64,000 nt of DNA from an uncultured Syntrophorhabdus sp. (GTDB lineage: Bacteria > Desulfobacterota > BSN033 > UBA1163): assembly GCA_964477935.1 (NCBI GenBank), contig CAYZFX010000005.1, positions 31,384 through 95,383 of the forward strand, in the 5' to 3' direction. Positions within the stretch are counted from its first letter, which is position 1. Each line of letters opens with the position of its first letter. The translations under genes were made by a program, and so were the position numbers. Below the pieces are notes generated by a model, which was not told where the DNA came from, did no database searches, and worked only from the letters and a program-made list of their open reading frames with translations. Positions 14,120 through 25,725 of this stretch are shown here, one piece after another.

Positions 14120-15373
14120 ATGGATATCAAAGAACTGAAGAAGAAGAAGATCAGTGAATTGACCAAGATCGCCAGGGAGCTCAATGTCGAGGGGGCCAGC
14201 GGCATGAGGAAGCAGGATCTCATCTTTGCTATCCTTCAGGCCCAGACAGAGAAGAACGGCCTGATCTTCGGAGAAGGGGTGCTCGAAATCCTCCCCGATG
14301 GGTTCGGGTTCTTGAGAGCGCCCGATTATAACTATCTCCCCGGGCCAGATGACATCTACATCTCGCCCTCTCAGATCCGGCGATTCAATCTCAGAACGGG
14401 CGACACGGTTTCGGGTCAGATCCGACCTCCCAAGGATACGGAGCGATACTTTGCCATGTTGAAGGTGGAGATGGTGAACTACGAGGATCCGGAGGTGGCT
14501 AGGGATAAGATCCTCTTTGACAATCTGACCCCCCTCTATCCCATGGAGAAGATCCGCCTCGAGGTGGAGGATGATCCAACGAACTACTCGGCCCGAGTGA
14601 TGGACCTGCTCACCCCCATCGGGAAAGGGCAGAGAGGTCTCATCGTCGCGGCTCCGAGGACGGGCAAGACCATGCTCCTCCAGACGATTGCCCACAGCAT
14701 CACAAAGAATCATAAAGAGATCACCCTGATCGTTCTCCTGATCGACGAACGGCCCGAAGAGGTGACGGATATGGAGCGCTCTGTCGATGCCGAGGTCATC
14801 AGTTCCACCTTCGACGAACCTCCCCAGCGCCATGTTCAGGTGGCGGAGATGGTGATCGAGAAGGCCAAGCGTCTTGTGGAGCATAAGAGGGATGTGGTCA
14901 TCCTTCTCGACAGCATCACCCGTCTGGCCAGGGCCTATAATACCGTCATACCGCCCAGCGGGAAGATCCTCTCCGGGGGCATTGATGCCAACGCCCTTCA
15001 GAAGCCAAAACGATTTTTCGGTGCGGCGAGGAATGTGGAAGAGGGGGGGAGCCTCACCATCATCGGCACCGCCCTGATCGACACCGGAAGCCGGATGGAT
15101 GAGGTGATCTTCGAGGAGTTCAAAGGGACAGGAAACATGGAGGTCAACCTCGACCGGAGGCTGGTGGACCGAAGGGTCTTCCCCTCTATTGACATCCAGC
15201 GTTCCGGGACGCGGAAGGAGGAACTCCTCTTGGACCCCTCTGACCTGAACCGGATCTGGCTTCTTCGAAAGGTCCTTCAACCGATGAACCCCGTTGACAG
15301 TATGGAGTTTCTCCTGGAAAAAATGCGGGCGACGAAGAATAACCGGGAGTTCCTCGATTCGATGAATCAGTGA
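14120..15373 (+). CDS. rho: Transcription termination factor Rho
   Basis: 417 aa with an N-terminal OB/RNA-binding domain, RecA-like ATPase motifs ([16 protein letters not shown]) and the Q/R loops. Confidence 0.95.
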   Translation: MDIKELKKKKISELTKIARELNVEGASGMRKQDLIFAILQAQTEKNGLIFGEGVLEILPDGFGFLRAPDYNYLPGPDDIYISPSQIRRFNLRTGDTVSGQIRPPKDTERYFAMLKVEMVNYEDPEVARDKILFDNLTPLYPMEKIRLEVEDDPTNYSARVMDLLTPIGKGQRGLIVAAPRTGKTMLLQTIAHSITKNHKEITLIVLLIDERPEEVTDMERSVDAEVISSTFDEPPQRHVQVAEMVIEKAKRLVEHKRDVVILLDSITRLARAYNTVIPPSGKILSGGIDANALQKPKRFFGAARNVEEGGSLTIIGTALIDTGSRMDEVIFEEFKGTGNMEVNLDRRLVDRRVFPSIDIQRSGTRKEELLLDPSDLNRIWLLRKVLQPMNPVDSMEFLLEKMRATKNNREFLDSMNQ

Positions 15374-15441
15374 AGGGGACCCCTCCTCGCCATTGATAAT
15401 CTTCAGGAAATCGGTTAAATAAGGTTCCGGAGGCTTTTGGA

Positions 15442-15657
15442 ATGAAGAAGGATATCCACCCCAAGAGTTACGATACCGTGATCAAATGCGCCTGTGGCGC
15501 CACTTTCGAGACCCAGAGCACGAAGAAGGAGATCCACGTCGAGATCTGTTCGAATTGCCATCCCTTCTTCACGGGTAAGCAGAAGTACGTGGACTCCGCT
15601 GGAAGGATCGAACGGTTTAAGAAGAAGTACGGAGAGGCGATTGAGAAGCGATCCTAA
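15442..15657 (+). CDS. rpmE: 50S ribosomal protein L31
   Basis: 71 aa, [19 protein letters not shown]…[10 protein letters not shown], with the CxxC…CxxC zinc ribbon. Confidence 0.9.
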   Translation: MKKDIHPKSYDTVIKCACGATFETQSTKKEIHVEICSNCHPFFTGKQKYVDSAGRIERFKKKYGEAIEKRS

Positions 15658-15910
15658 ACGGTCCTCCCTTCTCCTTCGACCAGAGCAGGAAGGGTTGATC
15701 TTCGAGAGAGCGCCTACCCATCCAAAGCCGATTTCCGTCTACCCCCGCCTCGAACCCGCCTTTCAACATTAGTGTACCGGAGGAGAGCCATGCCTTGTGG
15801 GTCGGGAAACCCCGAGGGATGACCTCTCCCGTGGAGCCGAGTTTCGCCGAGCGATCCGAGGCGGCATTCCGCGGGATCCCATCTTAGGGATGGGGGTTGA
15901 GGAAGAGAGG

Positions 15911-16972
15911 ATGTTCGAAAAACTGGAAGAGGTGGAACGCCGGTACGAGACGCTCACCCACCTATTGAGCCAGCCTGAGGTGATCAGCAATCAGGCAGAG
16001 CTCCAGAGGTTGGCCAAGGAGTTTTCCGAAATCGGAAAGGTGGTCGACCTCTACCGGAGATGGAAGAGGCTCGAGGAGGAGATCCGGGAGAACCGGCAGC
16101 TCCTTAACGGGAACGAGGATGAGGAGATGAAGGGCTTGATCAAGGAGGATCTCCTGCAGCTCGGCGAGGCCAAGGAGAAGCTTGAGAAGGAGTTAAGGCA
16201 GGCCCTGATCCCGAAAGATCCCAATGATGAGAAGAACATCCTCCTTGAGATCCGGGCAGGAACCGGGGGAGAGGAGGCGGCCCTCTTTGCTGCCGACCTT
16301 TTCAGGATGTATGCTAAATATGCGGAAAAGAACCGCTGGCGCCTGGAGATCATGAGCCAGAATCTCACCGGCGTGGGCGGGTTCAAAGAGGTCATCGCCC
16401 TGATCGAAGGAAAGGGCGTCTACAGCCGGATGAAGTATGAAAGCGGCGTCCACCGGGTTCAGAGGGTCCCAATCACAGAGGCCCAGGGCCGAATTCACAC
16501 CTCCACGGTGACCGTGGCCATTCTTCCGGAAGCCGAGGAGGTGGAGGTGGAGATCGATCCCAACGATCTGCGGATCGACATCTTTCGATCATCCGGTCCC
16601 GGTGGTCAGAGCGTTAACACGACGGATTCTGCAGTCCGGATCACCCACCTTCCGACGAACATCGTCGTCACCTGCCAGGACGAAAAATCCCAGCATAAGA
16701 ACAAGGCGAAGGCCTTGAAGATCCTGAGGGCCAGGTTGCTCGACCAGGCGAGACAACAGAAGGAGAAGGAGATCTCCGAGCAGAGGAAGAGTCAGGTGGG
16801 CACCGGAGAGCGGAGCGAACGAATCCGGACCTACAACTTCCCCCAGGGTCGGGTGACCGACCATCGGATTGGCCTAACCCTCTATCGGTTAAACGAGGTC
16901 CTGGATGGCGAGATCGACGAGCTCATCGATGCCTTGATCACTCACTATCAGGCCGAGGCCCTCAAAGGGTGA
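15911..16972 (+). CDS. prfA: Peptide chain release factor 1
   Basis: GGQ motif ([11 protein letters not shown]) and a PxT-type RF1 recognition region. The start was chosen at MFEKLEE after a GAGGAAGAGAGG Shine-Dalgarno; the ORF extends to 15797. Confidence 0.9.
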   Translation: MFEKLEEVERRYETLTHLLSQPEVISNQAELQRLAKEFSEIGKVVDLYRRWKRLEEEIRENRQLLNGNEDEEMKGLIKEDLLQLGEAKEKLEKELRQALIPKDPNDEKNILLEIRAGTGGEEAALFAADLFRMYAKYAEKNRWRLEIMSQNLTGVGGFKEVIALIEGKGVYSRMKYESGVHRVQRVPITEAQGRIHTSTVTVAILPEAEEVEVEIDPNDLRIDIFRSSGPGGQSVNTTDSAVRITHLPTNIVVTCQDEKSQHKNKAKALKILRARLLDQARQQKEKEISEQRKSQVGTGERSERIRTYNFPQGRVTDHRIGLTLYRLNEVLDGEIDELIDALITHYQAEALKG

Positions 16973-16996
16973 ATCGGGCCACAGAGATCAGAAGGG

Positions 16997-17857
16997 ATGA
17001 CCATCCAAGAAGCGCTCCAGGGAGCGATCGAAGCGTTGGGACGGGAGGGCATCGAAAACCCGAGGCTGGAGGCCGAATGTTTATTGGCCCACTGTTTGGG
17101 TCTCACGAAGGAAGGGCTCTACATCTCTCTCCGAGATCCCATCCCAGAAGAGGGGAGGGAGAGGCTCCGGGACCTGATCCGAAGAAGGGTCTCCCGAGAA
17201 CCCCTTCAATATATCCTGGGACATCAGGAATTCTGGTCGATCGATCTGAAGGTGGATCGCCGGGTCTTCATTCCCAGGCCTGAGACCGAACAACTGGTGG
17301 AGGAGGCCCTTGCGGTCCTCGATCGTATAACTTCAAAAAAAGTTCCGTCTGTATTAGAATTGGGAACGGGGAGCGGGGCCATCGCCATCTCTATTGCCAG
17401 AGAGGTGAAGGAGGTCTTTCTTGTAGCCACGGACATCTCGGAGAGTGCCCTGAGGGTGGCTCAGGAGAACGCGGTGAGGGCTTTGGTTGCTCACCGAATT
17501 TCGTTTCTGAGGGCCGACCTTTTACAGCCTATTCGACCGGGGGGGGACTTCGACCTGATCGTCTCCAACCCTCCCTACATCCCGGATTCCGCCATGGAGG
17601 GCCTGCCCCGGGAGATCAAGGATCATGAACCGAGGATCGCCCTGAAGGGAGGGAGGGATGGTCTCGACTTTTATCGGCGGCTCATCCCCCTGATCCCCTC
17701 CTATCTGAGACCGAAAGGGTGGCTCCTCCTCGAAGTGGGAAGCGATCAGTGGAGGGCTGTTTCCGAGATGATCGAAGCCGATGGCCACTTCCAAAGCGTG
17801 GAACGAAAAAAAGACCTCTCGGGGATCGAGAGGGTGGTGAAGGCACAACGAAAGTAA
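16997..17857 (+). CDS. prmC: Release-factor glutamine N5-methyltransferase PrmC (HemK)
   Basis: 286 aa with a SAM-binding LELGTGSGAI motif and the catalytic NPPY motif (VSNPPYIP). It lies immediately downstream of prfA. Confidence 0.85.
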   Translation: MTIQEALQGAIEALGREGIENPRLEAECLLAHCLGLTKEGLYISLRDPIPEEGRERLRDLIRRRVSREPLQYILGHQEFWSIDLKVDRRVFIPRPETEQLVEEALAVLDRITSKKVPSVLELGTGSGAIAISIAREVKEVFLVATDISESALRVAQENAVRALVAHRISFLRADLLQPIRPGGDFDLIVSNPPYIPDSAMEGLPREIKDHEPRIALKGGRDGLDFYRRLIPLIPSYLRPKGWLLLEVGSDQWRAVSEMIEADGHFQSVERKKDLSGIERVVKAQRK

Positions 17858-17940
17858 GATGGCCAATGATTCCGAGACTCCGAGATTCGATGCCGTGTTT
17901 GGAAGGCTAAAGGCAATTGGACATTGAGACGGAGCCATGG

Positions 17941-19200
17941 ATGGATAAGATCGTCATTGAGGGCGGAGAGCGGTTGATCGGTGAGGTGGAGGTGAGCGGT
18001 TCAAAGAATGCCTCCCTTCCGATCTTTGCTGCTGCGCTTCTGACCGAGGGGGAGAACCGCTTTTACAATGTTCCTAAATTGCAGGATATCGTCACCATCG
18101 GGAAGGTATTGCAGAATCTTGGCGTGAAGGTCCAAGAGGAGAATGGGGTCTATCGGGTCGATGCCACAGGGATCTCGAAGGAAGAGGCCCCCTACGACCT
18201 GGTCAAGACGATGCGGGCATCGATCCTCGTCCTTGGACCCCTGATCGCCCGGAGGAGAAGGGCGAGGGTTTCCCTTCCAGGTGGGTGTGCCATCGGTGCA
18301 AGGCCCATCAACCTCCATCTGATGGGCCTCGAGGCCATGGGCGCCAAGATCGACCTTCGCCAAGGGTATGTCGAGGCCAGGGCGGATCGATTGAGAGGAG
18401 CCGCGATCTCTTTCGATACGGTTACGGTCACCGGGACCGAGAATCTCATGATGGCCGCCACTCTGGCCGAGGGGAAGACGATTTTGCAGAATGCGGCCAT
18501 GGAGCCGGAGGTGGTCGATTTAGCCAATTTTTTGAAGAAGATGGGCGCAAGGATCGAGGGAGCGGGCACAGGGACCATCGAGATCGAGGGCGTGGAGGCC
18601 CTTCACCCTGCGGAGCATACGGTCATCTCCGACCGGATCGAGGCGGGGACCCTGATGGTTGCTGCCGGATTGACGCGGGGCAACATTAAACTCCTCCGGT
18701 GTCCCTTAAACCACATGGAGACCGTGGTCCACAAACTGCGGGAGGCGGGGATGGAGATCGAACCCGAGGGAGAAGGGGTGAGGGTGGTGGGAAACCGAAG
18801 GATCCGGGGCGTCGACGTGAAAACCCAGCCCTATCCTGGTTTTCCCACGGATATGCAGGCCCAATTCATGAGTTTGATGTCCCTTGCAAGAGGGCTGAGC
18901 GTCATTACGGAGACGATCTTCGAAAATCGTTTTATCCATGTGAACGAACTCCAACGCATGGGAGCGGATATTCGGATCCAAGGAAATACGGCGATCATTC
19001 AGGGTGTGGAGAGCCTGAGCGGCGCCCAGGTCATGGCGACCGATCTGAGGGCGAGTGCCTCCCTCGTGCTGGCGGGACTTGCTGCCGACGGGGTGACCGA
19101 GATTTCGAGGGTCTACCATCTGGATCGGGGCTATGAAGGGCTCGACCGCAAGTTGGCCAGACTCGGGGCCAACATCAAGAGGGTCAGTGAAAACCCGTGA
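17941..19200 (+). CDS. murA: UDP-N-acetylglucosamine 1-carboxyvinyltransferase
   Basis: About 419 aa, [28 protein letters not shown]…, with the EPSP-synthase fold and the active-site region LPGGCAIG. The ORF extends to 17917. Confidence 0.9.
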   Translation: MDKIVIEGGERLIGEVEVSGSKNASLPIFAAALLTEGENRFYNVPKLQDIVTIGKVLQNLGVKVQEENGVYRVDATGISKEEAPYDLVKTMRASILVLGPLIARRRRARVSLPGGCAIGARPINLHLMGLEAMGAKIDLRQGYVEARADRLRGAAISFDTVTVTGTENLMMAATLAEGKTILQNAAMEPEVVDLANFLKKMGARIEGAGTGTIEIEGVEALHPAEHTVISDRIEAGTLMVAAGLTRGNIKLLRCPLNHMETVVHKLREAGMEIEPEGEGVRVVGNRRIRGVDVKTQPYPGFPTDMQAQFMSLMSLARGLSVITETIFENRFIHVNELQRMGADIRIQGNTAIIQGVESLSGAQVMATDLRASASLVLAGLAADGVTEISRVYHLDRGYEGLDRKLARLGANIKRVSENP

Positions 19201-19233
19201 GGGTTTGGGAGTTATAGGGATGGGGAGGAGAGG

Positions 19234-20538
19234 ATGAGCTTTCCTGTAAAGATCATCCGTTCCGGAGAGAAGGAATTTGAATCCTATCTCCGGAAAGTGG
19301 AGGCGAGGATGGCCGAAGACCCGGCTCCCCTCGAGAGGAAGGTTCGATCCATCCTGAAGGATGTGAGGAAGAGGGGAGATCTCGCCCTCCTCGATTACAC
19401 GGCCCGTTTTGATCGGGTTCGACTCCAAGCGACTCAGATCGAGGTGACGGAGGAGGAGATCAAGGAGGCCCGTAAGGCGATCTCCATCGATTTTCTCCGG
19501 ACCCTGAAGAGGGCGGCCCACCGGATCCGGACGTTTCACACCCTTTCGAAGAACCGGGAGACGATCCGGTGGACCGAGAAAGGGATCAAGATTGAACAGG
19601 TGACGAGACCCCTGGAGAGGATCGGGATCTATGTGCCAGGCGGAAAGGCCTCCTATCCTTCCACCGTGCTCATGGCTGCTATCCCTGCAAAGGTGGCCGG
19701 TGTAAAGGAGGTGGTGATGACCACCCCGCCTCACTTAGAGGGAGTCAGCCCGGCCGTGCTGGTGGCCGCCAACCTGGCAGGTGTGGACCGGATCTTTCGG
19801 GTGGGGGGGATTCAGGCGATCGGGGCCCCGGCCTACGGAACGGAGACGATCCCCAAGGTGGATAAGATCGTGGGCCCTGGAAATCGCTACGTGGCGATCG
19901 CCAAGCGACTCGTCTATGGCGTGGTCGATCTCGATATGGTGGCTGGGCCGAGCGAGATCGTCATCGTCTCGGATGGAAAGGTTCCTCCTTCAATTATAGC
20001 CGCCGATCTCCTCTCGCAGGCCGAACATGACGAGAGCGCCCTTGCCATCTTGATTACACTCAACGAATCTTTTGCAGAGAGGGTGAGAGAGGTGCTCGAA
20101 CCGCAGCTCTCTCTTCTCAGGAAGGCGGAGATTGCTCGAAAAAGCCTCTCGGAGAGGGGGGCGATCCTTATTGTTCGAAATCTCGAAGAGGCCCTCGAAC
20201 TGGTCAACCGGATCGCACCTGAACACCTCGAGCTCTGCGTGGAGCATCCCCGTCGGCTGATCCCATCCGTGAAACATGCCGGAGCGGTCTTTCTCGGCCC
20301 CCATACCCCTGAGGCCATTGGAGATTACCTGGCCGGTCCGAACCATATCCTTCCGACCGGGGGGGCGGCCCGGTATGCCTCGGCCCTGAGTGTGGCCGAT
20401 TTCCAAAAGCGAATGAACCTGATGGAGTTCAGCAGGCAGGCCTTGGGCCGCTTTGACCAAGACCTGAGGCAGTTTACCGAGTGGGAGGGGTTAGAAGGCC
20501 ATTACCGTTCGCTGGAAGCGAGGAAGGACCGTCCCTGA
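19234..20538 (+). CDS. hisD: Histidinol dehydrogenase
   Basis: 434 aa carrying HisD signature motifs (…DMVAGPSEIVIV…, …SQAEHDE…). Confidence 0.9.
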   Translation: MSFPVKIIRSGEKEFESYLRKVEARMAEDPAPLERKVRSILKDVRKRGDLALLDYTARFDRVRLQATQIEVTEEEIKEARKAISIDFLRTLKRAAHRIRTFHTLSKNRETIRWTEKGIKIEQVTRPLERIGIYVPGGKASYPSTVLMAAIPAKVAGVKEVVMTTPPHLEGVSPAVLVAANLAGVDRIFRVGGIQAIGAPAYGTETIPKVDKIVGPGNRYVAIAKRLVYGVVDLDMVAGPSEIVIVSDGKVPPSIIAADLLSQAEHDESALAILITLNESFAERVREVLEPQLSLLRKAEIARKSLSERGAILIVRNLEEALELVNRIAPEHLELCVEHPRRLIPSVKHAGAVFLGPHTPEAIGDYLAGPNHILPTGGAARYASALSVADFQKRMNLMEFSRQALGRFDQDLRQFTEWEGLEGHYRSLEARKDRP

Positions 20539-20559
20539 AAGAGAGGAGGCTGTGGAAAA

Positions 20560-21153
20560 ATGAGGGGGCACCGGAGGGCAGAGGTGAAGCGGAAGACGAA
20601 AGAGACCGAGATTCATCTGAAGATCGATCTCGATGGCTCCGGTAAATATTTGATCGAGACTGGCCTCCCTTTTTTCGATCATATGCTCAGCCTGATGGCC
20701 TACCATGGCCGAATCGACCTCTCCATCCAAGCCAAAGGAGACCTCCCTGTGGATGGGCATCACACAGTTGAGGATGTCGGGATCTGCCTCGGAGAGGCCA
20801 TCCGGAAGGCGCTGGGCGAGGCGAAGGGGATCTGGCGTTATGGTTCGGGGATGGTTCCCATGGACGAGACCCTGGTCACGGTTGCCCTTGATCTCTCGAT
20901 GAGACCCTTGCTCGTCTATCATGTGAAACTCAAGCGATCGAGGATCGGTAGCTTCGATCTCGAGCTGGTCGAGGAATTTTTGAGGGCCTTGAGCAATCAT
21001 GCGAGGATGACCCTCCATATCAACCTCCTCTATGGCCGAAACAGCCATCACATGGTTGAATCGATCTTCAAAGGATTGGGGAGGGCGCTCAGGGAGGCCG
21101 TCGCGATGGATCGACGAGCCAAAGGGATTCCATCAACCAAAGGGGTTTTATAA
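20560..21153 (+). CDS. hisB: Imidazoleglycerol-phosphate dehydratase
   Basis: 197 aa with IGPD motifs (…LIETGLPFFDHMLS…, DGHHTVEDVGI…). Confidence 0.9.
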   Translation: MRGHRRAEVKRKTKETEIHLKIDLDGSGKYLIETGLPFFDHMLSLMAYHGRIDLSIQAKGDLPVDGHHTVEDVGICLGEAIRKALGEAKGIWRYGSGMVPMDETLVTVALDLSMRPLLVYHVKLKRSRIGSFDLELVEEFLRALSNHARMTLHINLLYGRNSHHMVESIFKGLGRALREAVAMDRRAKGIPSTKGVL

Positions 21154-21186
21154 AACACTTTGAACCTCAAAGGATTTTCGAGAGGC

Positions 21187-21804
21187 ATGAACACCAGGAT
21201 CGCCATTGTGGACTACGGCATGGGGAATCTGCGCAGCGTACAGAAAGCCTTCGAGCGGATCGGATTCGAGGCCAAACTGACTTGCCAACCCGAGGAGATC
21301 GCAGACGCCTTGGCGATCGTCCTGCCCGGGGTGGGTGCTTTCAGGGACGCCATGGAACACCTCGGAAGGCTTGGCTTGATCGAACCCATCCTTCAATCCC
21401 TCAAGAAGGGCAGACCCTATCTTGGGATCTGCCTTGGCTTACAACTCCTCTTTTCGGAGAGCGAGGAGTTCGGGCCCTGCAGGGGGCTTGATCTCATCAA
21501 AGGAAAGGTGGTAAGGTTTCGGCCCGATCCTGAGCATAAGGTCCCTCATATGGGCTGGAACTCGATCGAAAAGAGGAAAGAGGTGCCTTTCCTTCGGGGA
21601 TTGAAGAGCGGGGACTATCTCTATTTTGTCCATTCCTACTATGTGGTCCCCGAAGAAGAGGAATGGGTGTCGACCGTAACCCACTACGGGATTCCCTTCG
21701 TTTCGAGCATCGTCAAGGAGAATATCTTTGCCACCCAGTTCCATCCGGAGAAGAGTCAGAGGATCGGGCTGAAAATCCTGGAGAATTTTGCCACGTCCAT
21801 CTGA
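21187..21804 (+). CDS. hisH: Imidazole glycerol phosphate synthase glutaminase subunit HisH
   Basis: N-terminus MNTRIAIVDYGMGNLRSV, the class-I glutamine amidotransferase catalytic Cys in GICLGLQ, and HS/FHPEKS near the C-terminus. Confidence 0.85.
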   Translation: MNTRIAIVDYGMGNLRSVQKAFERIGFEAKLTCQPEEIADALAIVLPGVGAFRDAMEHLGRLGLIEPILQSLKKGRPYLGICLGLQLLFSESEEFGPCRGLDLIKGKVVRFRPDPEHKVPHMGWNSIEKRKEVPFLRGLKSGDYLYFVHSYYVVPEEEEWVSTVTHYGIPFVSSIVKENIFATQFHPEKSQRIGLKILENFATSI

Positions 21805-21898
21805 TCCTCCCTCCTTTACCTCCGATCCCTTCGAGACCGGGTTAGAAGGAGGGGCGAACGAGGGAGAAGGGTCGAAGGCAAACCAAATGGGGGGTTAT

Positions 21899-22732
21899 AT
21901 GAATGAAGTGAGAGTCGGGGAGATTCGAATCGGAAAAGGGAACCCCCTTGTCCTCGTTGCAGGGCCCTGCGTGATCGAAGACGAATCGGTCGTCATGGAG
22001 GTGGCAGAGACCTTAAAGGGGCTCTGCCAGAGGCTGAAGATCCCTCTCATCTTCAAGGCCTCCTATGAGAAGGACAACCGGAGTTCGGAGAAGAACTACA
22101 GGGGACCGGGGCTGAAGGAGGGATTGAGAATCTTATCGAAGGTTAAAGAGCGATTCGGCCTACCGGTCCTCTCCGATGTGCATCGGATGGAGGATGTGGA
22201 CCAGGTCCAGGAGGTCTTGGATGTGATCCAGATCCCTGCCTTCCTCTGTCAGCAGACCAGCCTCCTTCTGAAGGCCGGGGCCTCCGGCCGGGTGATCAAC
22301 ATCAAGAAGGGACAATTCATCGCCCCGGAGAATATGGCCAGCGCGGTCAAAAAGGTTTTCAGTACAGGAAACTCTCAGGTCCTTCTCACGGAGCGGGGAA
22401 CCTGCTTCGGGTATAACCGGTTGATCTCGGACCTCTGCTCCATTCCCATCATGCAGGACATCGGCTGTCCGGTCCTCTTCGATGCGACCCATATCGTGAG
22501 GAATTATGGCATCCCGAGCGAGGATCCAGAAGGCGGCCGTCCCCAGTATGTTCCCCATCTCGTCCGGGCGGCCGTGGCCGTGGGCTGCAACGGCCTCTTT
22601 CTCGAAACTCATCCGAGACCGGCAGAAGCGCTTTGCGATGCTTCGAGCATGATTCCCCTTCGGGAGATGGAAGGGATCCTCCTTCAGAGCAAGGCCCTCC
22701 ACGACCTGGTGAAGGGATGGGGGATCGTTTAA
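21899..22732 (+). CDS. kdsA: 3-deoxy-8-phosphooctulonate (KDO8P) synthase
   Basis: About 277 aa, MNEVRVGEIRIGKGNPLVLVAGPCVIEDES…, with the DAHP/KDO8P synthase TIM-barrel family N-terminus and the length typical of KdsA. The ORF extends to 21788. Confidence 0.8.
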   Translation: MNEVRVGEIRIGKGNPLVLVAGPCVIEDESVVMEVAETLKGLCQRLKIPLIFKASYEKDNRSSEKNYRGPGLKEGLRILSKVKERFGLPVLSDVHRMEDVDQVQEVLDVIQIPAFLCQQTSLLLKAGASGRVINIKKGQFIAPENMASAVKKVFSTGNSQVLLTERGTCFGYNRLISDLCSIPIMQDIGCPVLFDATHIVRNYGIPSEDPEGGRPQYVPHLVRAAVAVGCNGLFLETHPRPAEALCDASSMIPLREMEGILLQSKALHDLVKGWGIV

Positions 22733-22810
22733 GGAGAGGAAAAAGTGGGAACGGGTACTCATGTTCAACATAAATGATTCAGGAGAGAGGAGGGCTCAAG
22801 GTGAAGATCT

Positions 22811-23454
22811 TTCTCGACACGGCCAATCTCGACGAAATCAGGAAGGCCAATGCCCTCGGATTGGTCGATGGCGTCACGACCAACCCGACCCTTCTCGCCA
22901 AAGAAGGGGAGGCGGCAGAGCCACTGATCCGGAAGATCTCGAAAGAGGTTAACGGCCCTGTGAATGTGGAGGTCACGGGCACAACCTGCGAGGAGATCGT
23001 GAGGGAGGCCAGGATTCTCGCTACCTGGGGCGATGAGATTGTGATCAAGATCCCTGTCACCCTGGAAGGGTTGAAGGCGGTGAGGAGTTTGTCTGCGGAG
23101 GGGATTCAGACGAATGTCACGCTCATCTTTTCCGCGGGTCAGGCCCTGCTGGCCGCAAAGGCTGGAGCCACCTATGTCTGCCCCTTCCTCGGAAGGCTTG
23201 ACGACATCAGCTTCAACGGCCTCGAACTGGTTCAACAGATCAGGGAGATTTACGAGAACTATGACGAGATCGAAACCCGAATCATCGTGGCCAGCGTGCG
23301 AAACCCCATCCACGTGATCGAAGCCGCACGGATGGGGGCTGAGATCGTGACCCTTCCGCCTGCGGTTCTGGACCAGATGGTCAAACATCCTCTCACCGAC
23401 AAGGGGATTGCCCAGTTCCTGGAAGACGCCAAGAAGATCGGTCTAAAGCAGTAG
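22811..23454 (+). CDS. tal: Transaldolase (short TalC/Fsa-type)
   Basis: About 214 aa from a GTG start, (M)KIFLDTANLDEIRKANALGLVDGVTTNP…, the canonical short transaldolase N-terminus. Confidence 0.8.
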
Positions 23455-23496
23455 CCTCGACCTGAAAAGCTGGATCGGTGTGAAGAAGAGGGCTCC

Positions 23497-24150
23497 ATGA
23501 AAAGGATCTTCTATACATACGGCTTCCAATACGGCCTCATCGGCATCCTGCTGGGCATCATGGTCATCCTTCAAAGTCCGGTATCCTTTGCCGAGGAGAA
23601 GCCCCGTTTAGCGGTTCTGCCCTTCTTCGTCGGGAAGGAGGCATCCTGTCCGGTATGCAGTACGGTCTTCAAGAGAGGCGAGGTCCTCTCTCACGGTGCC
23701 CACCTGATGACGAGACTCCTCCATCAAAAGATCGGGGCCATAGAAACGTTCACCCTTCTTCCCCTTGAAAAGGGGGAGGAGGCCCTTTCCCTCCTGGAAG
23801 GGAGGGAATCTCTCTCTTCTCTCATCGAATTGGGCAGGGAGATGAGGGCCGATTTTATCTTCGTCGGATTCCTCTTTCGGTTTGAGGAAAGGGTGGGGTC
23901 CTCAATGGGCGTGGAACGGCCTGCCTCCTTGGCCTTCGACCTTCATCTCTTTCGAACAAAGGACAGCAAGGAGGTCTGGAGAGGTCGAATGGATGAAACC
24001 CAGAGGCCGCTGAGCGAGAATCTCTTTCAGATAGGCTCTTTCCTCAGGAGAAAGGCCAGATGGCTCACCGCAGAGGAACTGGCCAGCGTGGGATTGGACG
24101 AGGTCCTCGGCCATTTGCCTAAACGAAAAGACCTGGAGGAGAAGCGGTGA
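23497..24150 (+). CDS. Hypothetical secreted protein with a signal peptide, embedded in the his cluster
   Basis: 217 aa with an N-terminal hydrophobic signal (GLIGILLGIMVILQSPVSFA). No recognisable catalytic motif; its stop overlaps the hisA start. Confidence 0.45.
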   Translation: MKRIFYTYGFQYGLIGILLGIMVILQSPVSFAEEKPRLAVLPFFVGKEASCPVCSTVFKRGEVLSHGAHLMTRLLHQKIGAIETFTLLPLEKGEEALSLLEGRESLSSLIELGREMRADFIFVGFLFRFEERVGSSMGVERPASLAFDLHLFRTKDSKEVWRGRMDETQRPLSENLFQIGSFLRRKARWLTAEELASVGLDEVLGHLPKRKDLEEKR

Positions 24151-24920
24151 TCGTCATCCCTGCGATCGATCTGAAGGAGGGACGATGCGTGAGGCTCCTC
24201 CAGGGGAGGATGGATCAGGAGACTATCTATTCCGAAGATCCACTTCAGATGGCAAGGCACTGGGAGGCGAAAGGAGCGGAGAGGCTCCACCTCGTCGATC
24301 TCAACGGGGCGATCTTGGGCAGGCCCATTCATCGATCGCTGATCGCAGAGATCATTCGCTCCGTTTCAATCCCTGTTGAGATCGGTGGAGGGATTCGAGA
24401 GATGGCCGCGATCGAGGACTACCTCCGATGCGGCGCCCGATGGGTCATACTCGGAACAGCGGGGCTGAGGAATCGTCCCTTACTCGAGGAGGCCTGTCGG
24501 AACTTTCCCGATCGGATCATCCTCGCCATCGATGCCAGAAGAGGAAGGGTAGCGCTCGAGGGCTGGAGAGAGGAGAGCTCGGTCTCCGTCATCGAGCTGG
24601 TGGCCGAGGTGGAGGGGATCGGTCTTTCCGCGATCATCTTTACGGATATCGAGAGGGATGGTATGGCCTCAGGTCTCAACATCGAATCCACGAGGGAACT
24701 CTCCCAAGCGACCTCCATTCCGGTGATCGCGTCAGGAGGGATTTCGAGACTTGAAGAGATCAGAGCGCTCATGGCCCTCGAACCGGATGGCGTGATCGGG
24801 GTCATCATCGGCCGGGCCCTCTATACGGGCGGGATCGACCTGGAGGAGGCCCTCCGGATCACCCAACGTCGCTCAAACGGCCAGGGCTGGAGAAACACAG
24901 GGAGTGACTCAGGGTGTTAG
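24147..24920 (+). CDS. hisA: ProFAR isomerase HisA
   Basis: 257 aa, [17 protein letters not shown]…, a (beta/alpha)8 barrel of the HisA family. Confidence 0.9.
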   Translation: MIVIPAIDLKEGRCVRLLQGRMDQETIYSEDPLQMARHWEAKGAERLHLVDLNGAILGRPIHRSLIAEIIRSVSIPVEIGGGIREMAAIEDYLRCGARWVILGTAGLRNRPLLEEACRNFPDRIILAIDARRGRVALEGWREESSVSVIELVAEVEGIGLSAIIFTDIERDGMASGLNIESTRELSQATSIPVIASGGISRLEEIRALMALEPDGVIGVIIGRALYTGGIDLEEALRITQRRSNGQGWRNTGSDSGC

Positions 24921-25669
24921 CCAAACGCATCATCCCCTGTCTGGATGTGAAAGAAGGAAGGGTCGTGAAAGGGATCCAGTTCGTCGATCTGAGGGATGCG
25001 GGCGATCCGGTTGAGAGCGCAAGGGCCTATGAGGAACAGGGAGCGGACGAGATCGCCTTTTTAGACATCACCGCCTCCCATGAGAAGAGGGAGATCCTCA
25101 TCGACTTGGTCAGGAGGACCGCTGAAGAGGTCTTTATCCCCCTTGTCGTTGGAGGTGGAGTGAGAGACCTCGAGGATATTCGAAAGCTCCTGAAGGCCGG
25201 AGCGGATAAGGTGGCGATCAACACCGCTGCCGTGGAAGATCCTTCTCTGGTGGAAAAGGCCTCGAAGCGTTTCGGAAGCCAATGCCTCGTGATTGCCATC
25301 GATGCCAAGCGAAGGGGTCCGGGGTGGGAGGTCTATACCCATGGGGGGAGGAGACCAACAGGGATCGATGCGATCGAGTGGGCCAGGAGGGTGGAATCCC
25401 TGGGGGCGGGCGAGCTTCTGCTAACCAGCATGGACCGGGATGGAACCAAAGAGGGTTACGACCTCGAACTGACCCGGACCATTGCCGAAAGCGTCGATGT
25501 CCCGGTCATCGCCTCGGGAGGGGTCGGTACGCTCGAACATCTTTACGAGGGGCTCGTCCTTGGAAAGGCGAGCGCGGTGCTCGCGGCCTCGATCTTCCAT
25601 TACCGGGAATATACCGTTGCTCAGGTCAAATCCTACCTGAAAGAAAAGGGCGTTGTCGTCAGGTTATAA
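24914..25669 (+). CDS. hisF: Imidazole glycerol phosphate synthase cyclase subunit HisF
   Basis: 251 aa, [20 protein letters not shown]…, of the HisF family. Confidence 0.9.
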   Translation: MLAKRIIPCLDVKEGRVVKGIQFVDLRDAGDPVESARAYEEQGADEIAFLDITASHEKREILIDLVRRTAEEVFIPLVVGGGVRDLEDIRKLLKAGADKVAINTAAVEDPSLVEKASKRFGSQCLVIAIDAKRRGPGWEVYTHGGRRPTGIDAIEWARRVESLGAGELLLTSMDRDGTKEGYDLELTRTIAESVDVPVIASGGVGTLEHLYEGLVLGKASAVLAASIFHYREYTVAQVKSYLKEKGVVVRL

Positions 25670-25725
25670 AAGCAGGTTATAGAAGAAGGACGGGAGATGG
25701 GGAACGGTCATTCTCCAACCGAAGA

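Noticed and set aside
13991-15280. 429-aa minus-strand ORF spanning coaE 3' end and rho
   Set aside because: It is entirely antisense to rho and the coaE end, with a His/Asp/Gly/Pro-rich composition and no motifs. It is a spurious open frame.
18706-19734. 342-aa minus-strand ORF across murA/hisD
   Set aside because: It is antisense to two conserved genes and has a low-complexity translation.
25282-25725. 5' extension of the pgpA ORF (296-aa frame)
   Set aside because: It overlaps hisF in another frame with an Arg/Gly-rich translation. pgpA-like sequence begins only at the Met at 25726.
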